Program-made: the position numbers and the translations under genes
Assembly (NCBI RefSeq): GCF_964204645.1
Contig: NC_134031.1
Coordinates: 19,909,910-19,973,909, forward strand
DNA: 64,000 bases
Origin: Tubulanus polymorphus
Taxonomy: Eukaryota; Animalia; Nemertea
Direction: 5' to 3'
Notes under the pieces: model-generated
The model's database searches: none
What the model saw: the letters and a program-made list of their open reading frames with translations, nothing else
What the model was told of the DNA's origin: nothing
In this document: piece by piece, positions 34,344-47,705 of the stretch
How the letters are laid out: every line of letters starts with the position of its first letter
Numbering within the stretch: position 1 is the stretch's first letter

Positions 34344-37300
34344 GTAAGCTTCATATCTGTTGAATTTCTTGGCATTAATTTATCATCCATTTTATAAACT
34401 GGACCCTACAAAGCTATGGTCCTGTAAAATAGTTGTGAAAATCGGTCTTAAATCCTAAGAATAACTCAAACACATGAGCATTTTTTGCCTGGGCCAAAAC
34501 ATTTGAATCGCGAGTGGTTCTTGAAATGACTCACTTCAATTTGTTAAAGCATTGTTAAGTATCGAGTGAGTGGTTTACATGTGAACTCATTCTCTAGGCA
34601 AAATTGACTCTGGCCTGAACCGTGAAGACTTGTCTGTGCAAATGTTGTCGAAATTCTCAGGTTTAGAACCTCTCTCTACCTGGCTTTTATTTGATATATC
34701 ACGTATCATTAGACCAGCATACCTGTGACAAATGAAGACAAAAAGTTGTGATAAATGAGGTTCTGCTCTGTTCATGCATGGAATTTGTCATTGTCCGTCA
34801 TTATTAGTACAAATTGATATGGATTTCGGCACTCAAAGACTTTGCGTCGTCGTCGTGATGTGGAATATCAAGGCTCGGTTCCGTTCAGTTCTTCTGGAAT
34901 CCAATCTATAGAAAAAAAAAGTTGAAAAGATTAATATTAAGACCTCAGTGAAGGGTTCATTACTGTATGTAGGTCATTGAGACGCTCAGAAAGAGAAGAA
35001 AAAAGAGTTCGAAAAGGTTTCCTTTAGTTAATATTACTTACTTTCATCATCCTAATACATTGTAGTCATCTTTAAGAATGCCAAAGTTGCAACCAAATTA
35101 GGAGATACAATCCACAACAAAGAGACTAATCATGTTGAGATAACCTTTTTGGTCTATTTCTTTCTGAATATGGGTTTTCTGATATTATCACTACAACACG
35201 AGATCAAGGGTTATTGAGAATCCTCGCCTACACTAAATGTTAATAAAGTTTTTAATACTTGTAGATTATGATGATAATTAGGTCATATTTCATGTATTGA
35301 GACTATGTTCACATTACTGTATTACGGGAAATTTCTGTTTATTTTATAGCTGATGATCTCGCGTGCCAGAATCCATCATGCATGCAGCGTGGTTGTGAAG
35401 CTGTAAAGGTATGAACCCCAAGGTCTAATAGTCGTGTTTATTTATCAGTGCACAAAGGTTGCAGTAATCAACTCATTTTTATGAGTATCATTTAACCGTT
35501 CTATCATGTTTAACCATTTATATCATTGCAGCATGATAAAATGTTCACTGACTGACATTGTCTACATGAATTATATTGGCTTGTTGTTTTTGTGACATTT
35601 TTAAGTCAACAGTGCTATTTCCATGTCCCCTGTTTCCTGTACCACAGTTCCGGTGAAAATTTATCACTACAACTGAAATTTTAACATTTTTACTTTGTTT
35701 TATACAACAGGTATGTCATCATTTCGACTGTCAATCAATCGTAGACCACTCCCCGTTGCTGTTATGTTACAATTGTGATCGAGCACTTCACGCTACGACC
35801 AAGGAACATCTTCGATTTTCGCTAAATCGAGGTCAGTTATTTGAAACATATGATAAAATCTCTTAATTTTCTAATCAGGAATCTCCTGTTGTTCATAATT
35901 TAATGATCATAAAACGTGATGTCATAGGATGATTTATGGAGGCAGCCAACTAATTTGGACTTGAAAGATTCAAATTGTAACTGTAGAACTGGCTACAACA
36001 TTTATTCCATACAATTATGTAAACAGTGATAGCTAGCTATTTCATCACAGTATTTATACCGAGATTGATGTTGTGATAATTGTCAGTGAGATTCTGAACA
36101 TTTATCTGTGAGAAATGAAGATAGTGATCTTCAATGAGACTCTCGGGTAATGAATTATATATTCACGCGGATGACTTTCTTTGTTTCGTAGACGACGGCC
36201 TAACTAATGGAAACGACAAGCCGCGGTCACCAGGCGGCGCTAGTAGTAGTAGCGATAGTTCCGATGATAGTAGTAATACATTGTTGCACCGGTCGATCGA
36301 CGCCAACATGACGACGTTACGCGAAAATGGCGTAGATGAAAACGGCGACGACGATGATGACGACGTTCTCGGGCAGACGCACGTTATCAATCTAAGCGAT
36401 GAAGAGGAAAGCGAAGAGAAGCGGAAAGAGGAGGTTATAGTCGCGGAGAAGGAGGCGCCGGTGACCGAGCGCTGGTTTCAGCTTCGACGACGTAAAGACA
36501 CGTCTAAAGAATCGTGTGATAATATTAAACATCTGATGTGAGTTTATTCCTCAGTTTATTCCAATAACGCTGAAGTTAAACAGTTTCTCCGCACAATCTT
36601 GTTCGCCGTTTCTTTCAGAGCCAAACACCTCGACGGGAAGACTGAAAATCCAAAACTACGCCGAACGAATGCGGTCAGAAATCGCAAATCTACGGTAAAT
36701 AAAATCTCAAAGGAAATATATGATTCAACCAACCCTGGAATATCATTAAGAGAAACCCATAATATCGATATAAACACTTCTATTGTTTACTTCCTTTAAT
36801 CTGTCACCCATCATCAGATATCTGCCCGCACCCAGTTTCACAAAAAGTTTTAAATCGATTTAATTTCTTCATTAATCCTTTTTGTGAAACCGGGCCCTGA
36901 AGCGTAAGAAAACAGTTGTTTGAGTTGATATTTTGGCTTTCTCTTAATGATAGTCATCAAGATTGCAAATAGTCCCAACTATTTACAACCGTAGGACAAT
37001 TTGACTTTCCGGGAAAATCGAATCTTTAAGGGGTTAAGCTATCGAACACATGTTTCTCGTTCGAAAGGAGATTGAATGTCATGGTGGATGAAGAGATAAT
37101 GATCATGTTCCCGGGTAGTCCCCGGCCTCGTTTAACCCCTTTTAATATGTATATATCATAAAAATACCTATCGCCGGGTGGCAAAAACATGGCATCAATT
37201 ATTGATGCATAATTACAGGCAGTGTCTCGCGGGGAGAGGTGTAATATTGGCCGTGGTTTATTGGCGTTATGGTCGTTTCTAGTCATTTCAACGGCCGCGG

Positions 37301-39581
37301 TCGCAAATAAATCACCTTCGTGTCCGTAATCAGACCGATGTTCGCTTACAGGCTAATACTCATATATGTATATGCACGGTCGTAGAATATGAAATGAGGC
37401 TAATGATAGAACGCCTTGAGACAGGTCGAATTCAACAGAGACTTGACCATTTATCAAATCACTCGCCATTCATGCCACAAATGCAGACTAAAAGTTAAAG
37501 AAGCTGAAGATTTTCAGGGTTCTTACACATCTGGGAATTCTGGATTTAATAAGGAAGATTATGGCAAAACCAGGGAATTCTGACTCCTAGGGAAAATGGA
37601 TAGGCAATATTTGGTGTCTTCTGGTAACGAGTGACACAATGAATCTCTTGATAAGAAACAGCCCCCACTGAGTATATCTTATGATTCGATCACGGAACCT
37701 TTGGTTGAGGGTCAGGGAGGAGATTTGGATTCCCAGGTGTATAGGAACCCTGTAATCATAGAGACATTCTAAGTGTACAGTTTGTTTCCAGGAGCGGCGC
37801 TGTCGAAGTTTAGGTGCCGAAGATTTGAAACCGGATATATTACTTCTCGCCAGTAAATTCCGACACAGTACATCGTCATCATCGAGTCAGGTTAGGGCTG
37901 GTGGTGGTCGATGGGGTAAACGACTATCTCTCAATCAGGGCAAGGTGACTCTCACTGGTCGTTCTCTTTTTAAGTTGCAGGTTGTTCACTGCTTTGGTCT
38001 CTGATTCTTCGTTGATGTTGCATGTTGTTTCATGAATTATTCAGGCCTGTAGTGCGGGGAGAGGGCTTCGTGCAAATCCCCTCCCTCCATAGAATGATTC
38101 AATAAATCATTTTTGATTAGAATACTGAAGCATATATTTCAAGAGAAGTCACTCAGAAGCCGTACCTGAGCATCAAGTTTTTATATTTCCCAGACTCTCT
38201 TTAGTTCCATCCAAATCAAAAATGAACCCACCTGCATGTTCCTCACATTACAGGCCTGTTTTTTATTTTCATTTTGTCAATTTCTTTCGTTTTACTCAGT
38301 TTCTTATCATGTTTATGTTCGATTTACTTATTTCATGTGTTCTATCTATGCATGTGTATTGAAAACTATTTTCCAACACCGACCCAAATGTCCTGCATAG
38401 TCCATCAGTTTCATGATGACTTTTGATGCCTGGACACTGGACTATATCACGACCATCAGAAGAATTCTTCAGTTTATGTTGAAATGATCGGAAATAAACT
38501 GATTCTGTAAAAGACATCCATGGAACTTGATCTCGACTTCCAATTTCTATTTCTGAATCACAACTACCACGTTGATACATGTACTATCAATAAAAGTAAA
38601 TAGATTTTGTCTGTGAAATTCTGATTTCTCACTTCTTGGATTTTTGAGTGTTTCTTCTTGATATTGCCTTGTATTATAGGTAGATGGCAGATGAGTGCAG
38701 CTTTGAACCACCATATTTTCATGCGTCTGCAAAGCGATCTTGCCATTCGTGAATTTGTCTCAATTGCATCTTGAAAGTGAATTATGAAAACTTCAAAAAC
38801 TTTTTTACCATATAAATGGGATAAGAGCAACTGGGGTCGCAGTATTGCAGTGCAAAATTATGATTATTTGATTTTATGCGGAAAATGTATTGATGAAAAT
38901 TGATTTTTACTGCTTTTGAGTATGGATGATTTGACCACATTTCATTATATTTCAGAGTAATCTGTGTATGGAATATTTCATGTTGAAATTTGACTTGCTC
39001 GACTGCCCGGATATTGAAGTAGTTGCAGCAAGCCTCAATCATTCACTCAGGTGATTATATTATATTACTGATGAATTTGGTTCATCTTTTCTTGACGTGC
39101 TGAGCCTCCCTCAGAACATTGTTAGAGGATGACTGTTCAACATTTCTTTCGCTTCTTGAGGGATAAAGGCCAGAAAATAACCATCAATAAAAACTTTAAT
39201 CAGACTTGAGTCAAATTTGGTCCGTGCTTAATTAGAGAGCGTGTTCAGGCATTAACTCACTCGTTGCTAAAGCTACACCAGAATCAATGAGCATTTAGAT
39301 GGAATAATCCGACCTGTGTTAAACAGGCCCCCCGACCCATTTGGCACCAAAACGGCCTGACCTGATTTGGCCTGGGTCCAAAATGCTACACCTTCATTCG
39401 TCACTGCTGCGATAGTAACTTTTAACTACTTTTTTCAGAGATGCTTTGATTCCGGTGTTCGAGAAAAGAAATTTGAATTTGAATGAAGTGAACATATTCC
39501 TGGAAGCATCGAATACAGCGTTACCGCTCGATATTGACACGTTTCCTCTCGGCGGACATCAACTTCACGTTCGACTACAAG
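34328..39581 (+). CDS. PLEKHG5: PLEKHG5-like RhoGEF, N-terminal exons (DH-PH part not found in the window, presumably downstream)
   Basis: Exons 34328-34343, 35350-35408, 35711-35831, 36192-36537, 36619-36694, 37792-37944, 38956-39050, 39439-39581 join in frame. CQNPSCM..KVCHHFDC..LLLCYNCDRALH..HLRF matches the PLEKHG5 N-terminal Cys/His region. EYFMLKFD..IEVVAA..SLRDALIPVFEKRNLNLNEVNIFLEASNTALPLD..GGHQLHVR matches the PLEKHG5 RBD. Confidence 0.88.
34470..34640. mobile_element. Family A MITE fragment
   Basis: Near-identical block to 58015-58049. Confidence 0.5.
35350..35408 (+). CDS. PLEKHG5: PLEKHG5 exon
   Basis: DDLACQNPSCMQRGCEAVK. Confidence 0.85.
35711..35831 (+). CDS. PLEKHG5: PLEKHG5 exon (Cys/His domain)
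   Basis: VCHHFDCQSIVDHSPLLLCYNCDRALHATTKEHLRFSLNR. Confidence 0.88.
36192..36537 (+). CDS. PLEKHG5: PLEKHG5 exon (acidic/low-complexity linker)
   Basis: Open acidic Ser/Asp/Glu frame, phases 1/2 compatible with neighbours. Confidence 0.78.
36619..36694 (+). CDS. PLEKHG5: PLEKHG5 exon (basic linker)
   Basis: AKHLDGKTENPKLRRTNAVRNRKST; TTTCAG acceptor, GTAAAT donor. Confidence 0.72.
36831..36898. repeat. Short palindromic MITE relic
   Basis: CCCAGTTTCACAAAAAG / CTTTTTGTGAAACCGGG inverted repeat. Confidence 0.6.
37515..37752. mobile_element. Non-autonomous DNA transposon with CAGGG termini
   Basis: CAGGGTTCTTACAC...GTATAGGAACCCTG inverted ends with internal CAGGGAATT motifs; related relics at ~3903-4125, ~8776-8931, ~21133-21410. 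Confidence 0.65.
37792..37944 (+). CDS. PLEKHG5: PLEKHG5 exon (phase 0-0, possibly alternative; second donor at 37890)
   Basis: ERRCRSLGAEDLKPDILLL...KRLSLNQGK; TTTCCAG acceptor. Confidence 0.6.
38042..38258. mobile_element. MITE, hAT-like termini
   Basis: CAGGCCTGTAGTG...CATTACAGGCCTG inverted ends. Confidence 0.6.
38956..39050 (+). CDS. PLEKHG5: PLEKHG5 exon (RBD start)
   Basis: SNLCMEYFMLKFDLLDCPDIEVVAASLNHSLR. Confidence 0.85.
39439..39581 (+). CDS. PLEKHG5: PLEKHG5 exon (RBD)
   Basis: DALIPVFEKRNLNLNEVNIFLEASNTALPLDIDTFPLGGHQLHVRLQ; phase-1 donor G|GTAAAA. Confidence 0.9.
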
Positions 39582-42287
39582 GTAAAATAACACGATTCTT
39601 TACAATCCGACCTCGCCAGCCTCGAGCGACAGAACAGCGAAATCCGAGTACGAATCATAGATGAATAGTCACAGAAATTTGCAGAAGTACATTGGAAATT
39701 TTGTTGCCTGTTTGGGTAAATGATCTTCCATCGAGCCAGAACCCGCTAGCCACTGATGGTGGTTTTTGTTGGTGGCTCAGATTGTATTGTCCGTTTTGTA
39801 AATTTTGTTTGTTTATTTCCCGCATAGTGATAGTCAGACTGGCCAATGACCTCAAAAACCTAGAAAACTTTGTGCCAAAACCTGGAAAAATCAGATGGTT
39901 TGAATATGGATTGACCACACATTTCTATATCAATATGTGATTCATGAAAAGTGAATTAATCTTATTATTTTAGCCACAAAATGGCTTCAATCCGATAACC
40001 TGATTATTCTCTTATGGGGAAATTTGTGTTATTAATATATAGAAAATTCAGGGAAAACTCGAGGAATTTGTAACGAGGAGAAGGTAGCCTCCAGTTGTTG
40101 TAGTTCTTGTGTCTCGATGATGGTTACCCGGTTATTGGGTCAATGTTTTCTCGTTAATCGATTTTGATTATGTAGAATTTGCAGGAAATAGCGGATGGTC
40201 GAGCGGCCAGGTGCTTATAACGGATTTCTTGTTACTCGCGTTCAAGGCCGAATCACCTGCGCACGTCTTCATTTATTTCTCGCCGGAGAAGAAGTTTAGA
40301 AAAAGGATCTGATTATCGCGTATGCCAGGTATCACGTATCCCCGGGTATCAGGTATCCGGTAATGATTCTGAATTCAGGCGATGTAGATCAAAAGTATCT
40401 TATTTCAGCCGGAGACTTCAAAAAACATCCGTTGGAAACTCATTCAGGATGAGAGGATTAATGTGTTTGTTCTCTTTGGTAGTTTCATAAAGATCTCGTT
40501 AATTTTCTCAACGCCAACGGATAACACTATTTTTGGAGAGAGTATCTTCTTTCCAGATTGAATGATTGACTCGTTTGACTCGGGTGTTAACCCTCAACGT
40601 TAACTGAGATATACATAGCACCTAACGTTCCAACAGCTTTTTACCCTACAGTCAGATTTAACCAAAAACTATGTAATGGGTTTGACTTGACATGTCTGTG
40701 TCTCAATGTTATCTTTTGAAGATCGTTCTTTTTAGCAGTTGATACAGATATCAGAGTTGAATATTTAATTCAGGGTCATAAGGATATGACTACGGAACTG
40801 GGCCTGGATCGGAGCATTTTTTTGCAATGTTTGTCTCCTTTATGAAATGGGGTTTTTTGACCAATGAATTAACTGTAGTGGAACCAGTGATTGAAATAGA
40901 TGTAGAACTGCTGTGGTATAATGATCTATATCGAAGCACTGTGCTGTTGTATGTTCTAACCCAGTGAACCTGAAATAAATATACCTTTTCCGGGTAATAC
41001 AAGACATTATGAAACATGTTTAACAGCTGTTGATGAATGTAAATCAGTTGTTTGAGTGTCTATTGTTTTGTTGGTTGAGTTGATTGATGAGTGGGCGCCA
41101 TCTATCCAGTGTATACTCGATCAAATCACATATTTCAGTTCACTTGAGCCTTTTTCCCCCAAGGCAGGTGGTTCCAGAAGCAGGGAAAAGTTTGCAGCCA
41201 AATTCATAGAAATTGGCCTCCATTTTCATTATGTTTGTTCTTGGAGTATTCAGTCTGATTACTCCAGGGTTTGTTCTAATGCCCCAGGGACTGATTTAGA
41301 TTTTTGTTACACTCAAATAATTATATAAAACGCGTATAATTATGGCAGTTACACTTTGAAATTGATCTATTGACCGTGTCCCTCCTCTGTCCCACCTCCT
41401 GTGAATTTAATCACGATCCACGCAGGAGGTTTCGTTCTCAACTTTAACACCAAAGGCTTTTCATTATGAGCTTAAACAAACAAAACGTCTGATCGTTTCT
41501 TACCATTAGTAGTATTATAGTCATGGTTTAGTGGTCATTCGTTTCAGATTCAGTGTTGTTTTATTACGTTCTTGTTGCTGTATGTCGTATCACATATCAG
41601 AGATATAGTTATGTTTTTTACCTCAGACATTGTGCGGCGGGGGAGGGCGGTTTATGTATTTATTGCGTAAATACCTTTTTCATTGAAAATATTCGGTAAA
41701 GTGCGCGCGCATCGTTGCAAAGAAAACTAAGTATGCATCAACTCGTGGAGACTTTAAAAAAAAATTGTTTGTTATTCTTTCGTGTGGTAAACTAAATGAT
41801 AAGTTCATTCGTTTATGACGGATAAGCCTCGCGCAAATAAAGATAAGCATTTCGAAATACCTTAGTCGGAAGACGGTGAATAAAAGTAAAAGTTCGCGCT
41901 GGCTGCTCAGCACACTGACGGTGATGGAGGTTATTCAATGAGATGAGAACCGCCGAGTAGAATTCCATGGATCCAGGTGCAAGTATTTTTTCGCGTTAGA
42001 GCAAATGATTTCCAGGTTGGATGGAAATCTGGACAGGAAACATTAACTACAACACACGATTTTTCTTTCTATCTCTGATTTTTACGTTTTTCAACGGAGA
42101 GAAAAGACGGACGGATGGACTGTTCTCGCGTGGTAGTTTCTTAAAAATAAATCGCGCGTTACCTTGAGAGAGGAGAGACCCGCAACGTTGTGAAGAGACT
42201 AAACCCCGACCTCAGAGATTGAGGCAATTTAGATGAGTTGAAACAGAATTTAGTGAATGAATTCGTGAATTGATCAACTTTTCAAAG

Positions 42288-42534
42288 ATGACTTTAGAAA
42301 TTGTACTCGGGCCGTCGGATAGTCAGATGAATTTACCGGTGACCAGACCAGATCTAACGCGATCTCACAGCTCACCAGAGGGCGATAGTAGCGATGAGTC
42401 GCCCATTTTTCACACGGAGTCTCCGAGAGTGCCCTCTATTGTCGTACGAGATGAATACGATAGTCCATGGGTTTATTCATCGGATATTTACTGGGCAGCA
42501 AAACTTAAACGAAGAATGGTTCATCTTTTCATTG
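42288..42534 (+). CDS. Candidate alternative first coding exon of PLEKHG5
   Basis: AAGATG start, 82 open codons (MTLEIVLGPSDSQMNLP...KLKRRMVHLFI), strong donor G|GTAAGT phase 1, CpG-rich upstream. Confidence 0.6.
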
Positions 42535-42585
42535 GTAAGTAAACGATTTTCACATACATAGCATATCAGTGCTCTGAGACATTCA

Positions 42586-43566
42586 TATCCAATCTCTGCT
42601 GGATAGAGACAGGTGTCCTGGTATCCAATCTCCACAGGATGGAGACAGGTGTCCTGGTATCCAATCTCTGCTGGATAGAAACAGGTGTCCTGGTATCCAA
42701 TCTCTGCTGGATAGAAATAGGTGTCCTGGCATCCTATCTCTGCTGGATAGAAACAGGTGTCCTTGTATCCAATCTCTGCTGGATAGAAATAGGTGTCCTG
42801 GTATCCAATCTCTGCTGGATAGAAACAGGTGTCCTGGTATCCAATCTCTGCTGGATAGAAATAGGTGTCCTGGCATCCTATCTCTGCTGGATAGAAACAG
42901 GTGTCCTGGTATCCAATCTCTGCTGGATAGAAATAGGTGTCCTGGCATCCAATCTCTGCTGGATAGAAACAGGTGTCCTGGTATCCAATCTCTGCTGGAT
43001 AGAAATAGGTGCCCTGGTATCCAATCTCTGCTGGATAGAGACAGGTGTCCTGGTATCCAATCTCTGCTGGATAGAGACAGGTGTCCTGGTATCCAATCTC
43101 TGCTGGATAGAAACAGGTGTCCTGGTATCCAATCTGCTGGATAGAAACAGGTGTCCTGGTAACCAATCTCTGCTGGATAGAGACAGGTGTCCTGGTATCC
43201 AATCTGCTGGATAGAAACAGGTGTCCTGGTATCCAATCTGCTGGATGGAGACAGGTGTCCTGGTATCCAATCTCTGCAGGATAGAAACAGGTGTCCTGGT
43301 ATCCAATCTCTGCTGGATAGAAACAGGTGTCCTGGTATCCAATCTCTGCTGGATAGATACAGGTGTCCTGGTATCCAATCTCTGCTGGATAGAAACAGGT
43401 GTCCTGGTATCCAATCTCTGCTGGATAGAAACAGGTATCCTGTAACCAATCTGCTGGATAAAAATAGGTGTCCTGGTATCCAATCAGCTGAATAAAAATA
43501 GGTGTCCTGGTATCCAATCTCTGCTGGATAGAAACAAGTGTCCTGGTATCCAATCTCTACTGGATA
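42586..43566. repeat. 36-bp minisatellite, ~27 copies
   Basis: Unit GTATCCAATCTCTGCTGGATAGAAACAGGTGTCCTG, with a few 34-bp variants. Confidence 0.97.
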
Positions 43567-46045
43567 CTTTTAGATCAACAATGCGTGATAAAAGATTTAT
43601 TTCAGGAACATTTTTTCCAGTAAAAAAAAATTTTTTTCTGTTGATAGGAATTCAGTTTATATTTTGACTGCGATCGATGTAGATATATGTCTGTGTCTGT
43701 GTGTGATGTAATGTTTGCACGAATTTTTCGTAGAAACGTTCTATATTGACGTCATCTCATTTCACGCTGCCTTGCAGTTTACATGGCTGCTTGTTTTTGT
43801 TTGTTACGTCTACGATGGCACCACGCAGCACCACACTGCACCACACCGCACCACACTGTCAGTCACTCCTGCAGGCATTCTGCAGTCTGTATCAATAATC
43901 CTATCATCAAATACGTTCACCTCGGTCTGTTCGTACCGTAATATATCACGCGTTAAATCTCCGCTGGTGTTTACATCGATTTAAATTGTCATATTTTTAA
44001 AGACACTTTTGAGCGCCGCATCATAAACACCTTCATTCTTTCCAGACTTGAATAAATCCATTTCTCACGGGTATGTGCACACTTTTTCATCCGTCAGCAA
44101 TCCAGATAGTAGTTAGTTACGAGCTCCGTGAAGATCTCAGTACCTCAAACCTGATTATTTTCTTCCCTGGATTCAAGTTGCGCCCGGTCTATCTGTGTCA
44201 ATTATTTGTTAATGCAGCCCCCCCCCCCCTGTTAGTTGAAAACCAAAAATTTTGACGAAACTTTCAATTTTTATATTGTTCAGTTAATGTCTCCGTTGCT
44301 GGTTTGATACTCTGTCGTCGTTCCTGAGGTGCGGCCAATTTCAGCATCTTCGCCGCGAATGGAGCTTAGATTCTTGGATTCGACGTTTTAGATGAAAAGA
44401 TGATTAAAACGGTGAACGCGTTCTGAACGCTGCGCCCGATGAGACCGCTTCCTGTAACCCCGCTCCCTTTGATGAAAATGTTCAATCGAGAAATATCCTC
44501 AGTCCGTTTCACGACGTGCGTCAGTCTCGTTGATATATTAATCACAAAACAAACAAACAACAACTATAATACAGATCGAGCGGTATCAGAGAGTTGTGCG
44601 GGTGTGGCCTCGCTACGGCAGATGAGATAAATATTCTTCAGTATCTCGTGAACAGTCGTTATAACGTCGTCCTCGTGTTCTATTGTTGATCGTGATGTGA
44701 CGATATACATGGTGGTAAGTGAAACCTGGATTACCACGGCGACTAATGATGCGTCTGTGATATTAAACACTTCACCGAAGACTGTATTTCTGCCGACACA
44801 CACAGTATTCACAGACTCCGCTAATGTTTCTCAAGGAACGATTCCGCTTTGGAATTATGATGGATTATGAGATGTTCATATGTTGCTGTTGGTTGTAACT
44901 GATGATTGTTTTGTTTCTAGTCGATGAATTATGATGATGGACGATTTCAAATTTCTAGTCATATTTCTACGCGAGCGTTGATTGGATTGAATAGTCTCGC
45001 TGCAGGACGACACTGGCCCGGTGGCCCGGCGACTACTGCAAGAATGGATTTAAAATACATCGGTCTTCCGGTGATTGTGGCCTCCTTAATCTCGAGCCGA
45101 TGATATCAAATACGCGTTTGCATTAGGTAAAGAAAAAAACTATTGCGAAAGCTTCTTCATCCGTAGTTTGTATTACAGTTTAGTTTAAAAGCTGTGTTTC
45201 TATTCGTGATGGAATGATATTGATGTGTTATAGTGTTTGTGAGAGTGTCAGTTCGGCTTCTTTAACCGCGGACCCGTCTCTCGTCTCGGTGGAGTGTTCG
45301 AGTGTCGCCAACACTTACCGCGTGTCAAGTGGTTTTTTCTCGCGCGGCGTGGAGTTGTCCCGAGTGTAAGTGGTGTAAGAGATCGTACTTCGTTATTTGC
45401 ACCGGTCGCGGAAATCACGCGACGACGCGGTGTAGAGAGAGTGCCTCGTAACGCCAGAATTCTCGCTGACGTGTTTTCAGACTTTCGAAAACTTTTGTAA
45501 ACAGACGTAACTTCTACAAATCCTGGACAAATTAATGCAACTGATGATCAGCTCCTCCGGACTGACAACGAACGCTTGATTTTATCTCCTGGGAGTTATA
45601 AGACTTTCTTTATACTCCAAAGATTTCATGAAAGCTTTAACTTGAATATCTTTGATCTTTTGAGTTGATTAATTCTAATTTCTCTAATTGAGTAATAAAC
45701 GATAATAAAAGGAAGTTTAGGAACAATAGATGAAGCTATTGTAGATAAGTTTTCTCTGGCCATTGTGTGCTGGAAGATCATGAATATATGAACATAGAGC
45801 GACTACAAGTGACTTCGAATAGATCACAGTTTTCAGAAATATCAGAATTTTCAGGCGATTATAACTTATGTTGTCGTATAACGACGATGAAAAGCGAAAT
45901 GACGTAACTTTCTTGTGAACGAACATTTAACTTAATCGGCAGTAGAAAAATATCGATTCTCGGAGCCACCGTTCGGTCGGCAGTTTTTGGCGATTTCGCG
46001 CTGAATTTACGTCGGAAAAGAAATTGTTTTATTTACTTCTTCAAA

Positions 46046-46115
46046 ATGGTGTTCGGAAATGAGATGAATTCGCCGCGATTAGTTCGTATGCGTAGCTGGA
46101 GAATATCTACACAGG
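46046..46115 (+). CDS. Candidate alternative first coding exon of PLEKHG5
   Basis: AAAATGG Kozak context, MVFGNEMNSPRLVRMRSWRISTQ, donor G|GTAAGA phase 1. Confidence 0.5.
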
Positions 46116-47453
46116 GTAAGATTGTTTTAAGTCCGCTCGGGACGTTGGTCCGAGCGATAAGAATGTTTTTAGTCCAGTTGAGACATTGGTCCCAGTGTTC
46201 TATTGCGTTAACTTTACAATACCGATTGATGTATGGTTTTGATATTTAGTTTATGCATGTATCTCCCCGTCCCTAGATACACCTTAAATGCAATTTGTAC
46301 CTCTGCATATTTAGTAATCACAATCATTAGCAAAGTTGTTCATCATGGCACTTTCTATGATTGTGGTGATTTACTAAGTCCTGGTTTGATGGCGTTGAAC
46401 GCTTAAATTCATTCGTATTACGCATCTAAGCTCAGCCTTTTTCTGCATCGTCTTCAGAGGTGAAAACTCAGTATTCTTGAAGAAACATTGAATTAACTTT
46501 TAGCTCAATTATAATTTTTCAGATCTATTTTTCCATTCTTAGTATAGGAGTTTATATACTATCATCACATCACTGATTCATCATTAGATACCTGAAGTTC
46601 ATCATATTTAATGAATATATCTATTTAAGAGGCACTGCTCAGCTCATCTTCATCCTATATATTATTGTCCTGTTGATCATGTGGCGTATATATATCCTAG
46701 ATGTATATATTTAGACCGATCTCGAAATAGATGGATGATAAGTAACCAGATCTCGGGGTGTGGTAGATAGGAATCACACTGTTTATAGAATATATAGAAA
46801 CAAACATCGGTTTAAAACTTCCCCGGGTTAAACAAATCAAGCTTTGATTGTTGATCGGTGACGTCTTTCTCAGACTTGCCCTCAGATTTGCCGTCAGACT
46901 TGCCGTAGAGTCATCGGTACCACATAAAACGAAGCTTGAGACTATAGCGATTATATTCTCAACCCCGTAAAGGGCACGAAGAGTTCGTTTCGTTAGCAAA
47001 AGCTTTAAGCTACATGTATTTTAAAATCTTTTTTATCTCATCGATTTTCATCCCCTGAAGACGATGAATAAATGAATATATCTACGATTTGGTCTATATC
47101 AATCATATTTCATGATACAAAACTGAATGAGTGAATAGGCAACTCGCAACACCAGTTATCCCACCAGATGGTGTAATGAGCAATCGGTCTTATGTTGTCA
47201 AAATTAGTTCATTTTCAATGACCTAACAAATATACAATAGAATTATAATTAGTTGATGATATTTTCATTGATAATTGATTCATTTAAAAGAAAAATTCAC
47301 TCACTTTTAATTGAAATGTATAAGAAATCAAACACGATAGACTAACTATCTACTAGTGAACCTGGAGGAACCTCTGCCGTACGTGAGGTGCGGGTACCCT
47401 ATTCACTTATCTTCAATTGTATATTTATCCTATTGATCTTCAGTCTCTGTTAA

Positions 47454-47705
47454 CCCTTTCAGTGCTGACTAATCAATACCCTATTAGTGCTGGAGATAAT
47501 TTGAAATTTTTAAAAATTCCACCCCATTGTGTTGAATAACAGGAATACCACTATAGTGCGTCTACACTGCTGCGCAGTCAGTTACTAGTATTTCACTATG
47601 TTTGACATGTTCTACCATTTTTCAATAGAAATAAAAGCTAATTACATCAATACACCGCACTGCGGTAGCAAAATCCATCACCAATTCATAGACACACTGA
47701 AAGGG
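47454..47705. mobile_element. piggyBac-like MITE
   Basis: TTAA-CCCTTTCAGTG...CACTGAAAGGG-TAAA: 11 bp TIR, TTAA target site (one mismatch on the right). Confidence 0.75.

Noticed and set aside
35705-35716. CAG|GTATGT as a recursive splice site
   Set aside because: It is the start of a conserved coding exon (Val-Cys) after a short intron; the codons explain it
42477-43553. Long ORFs (up to 358 aa) in several frames; 36-bp repeats resembling a CRISPR array
   Set aside because: Pure tandem repeat with no unique spacers and no cas genes in a eukaryotic intron; the ORFs arise because the unit is a multiple of 3 with few stops
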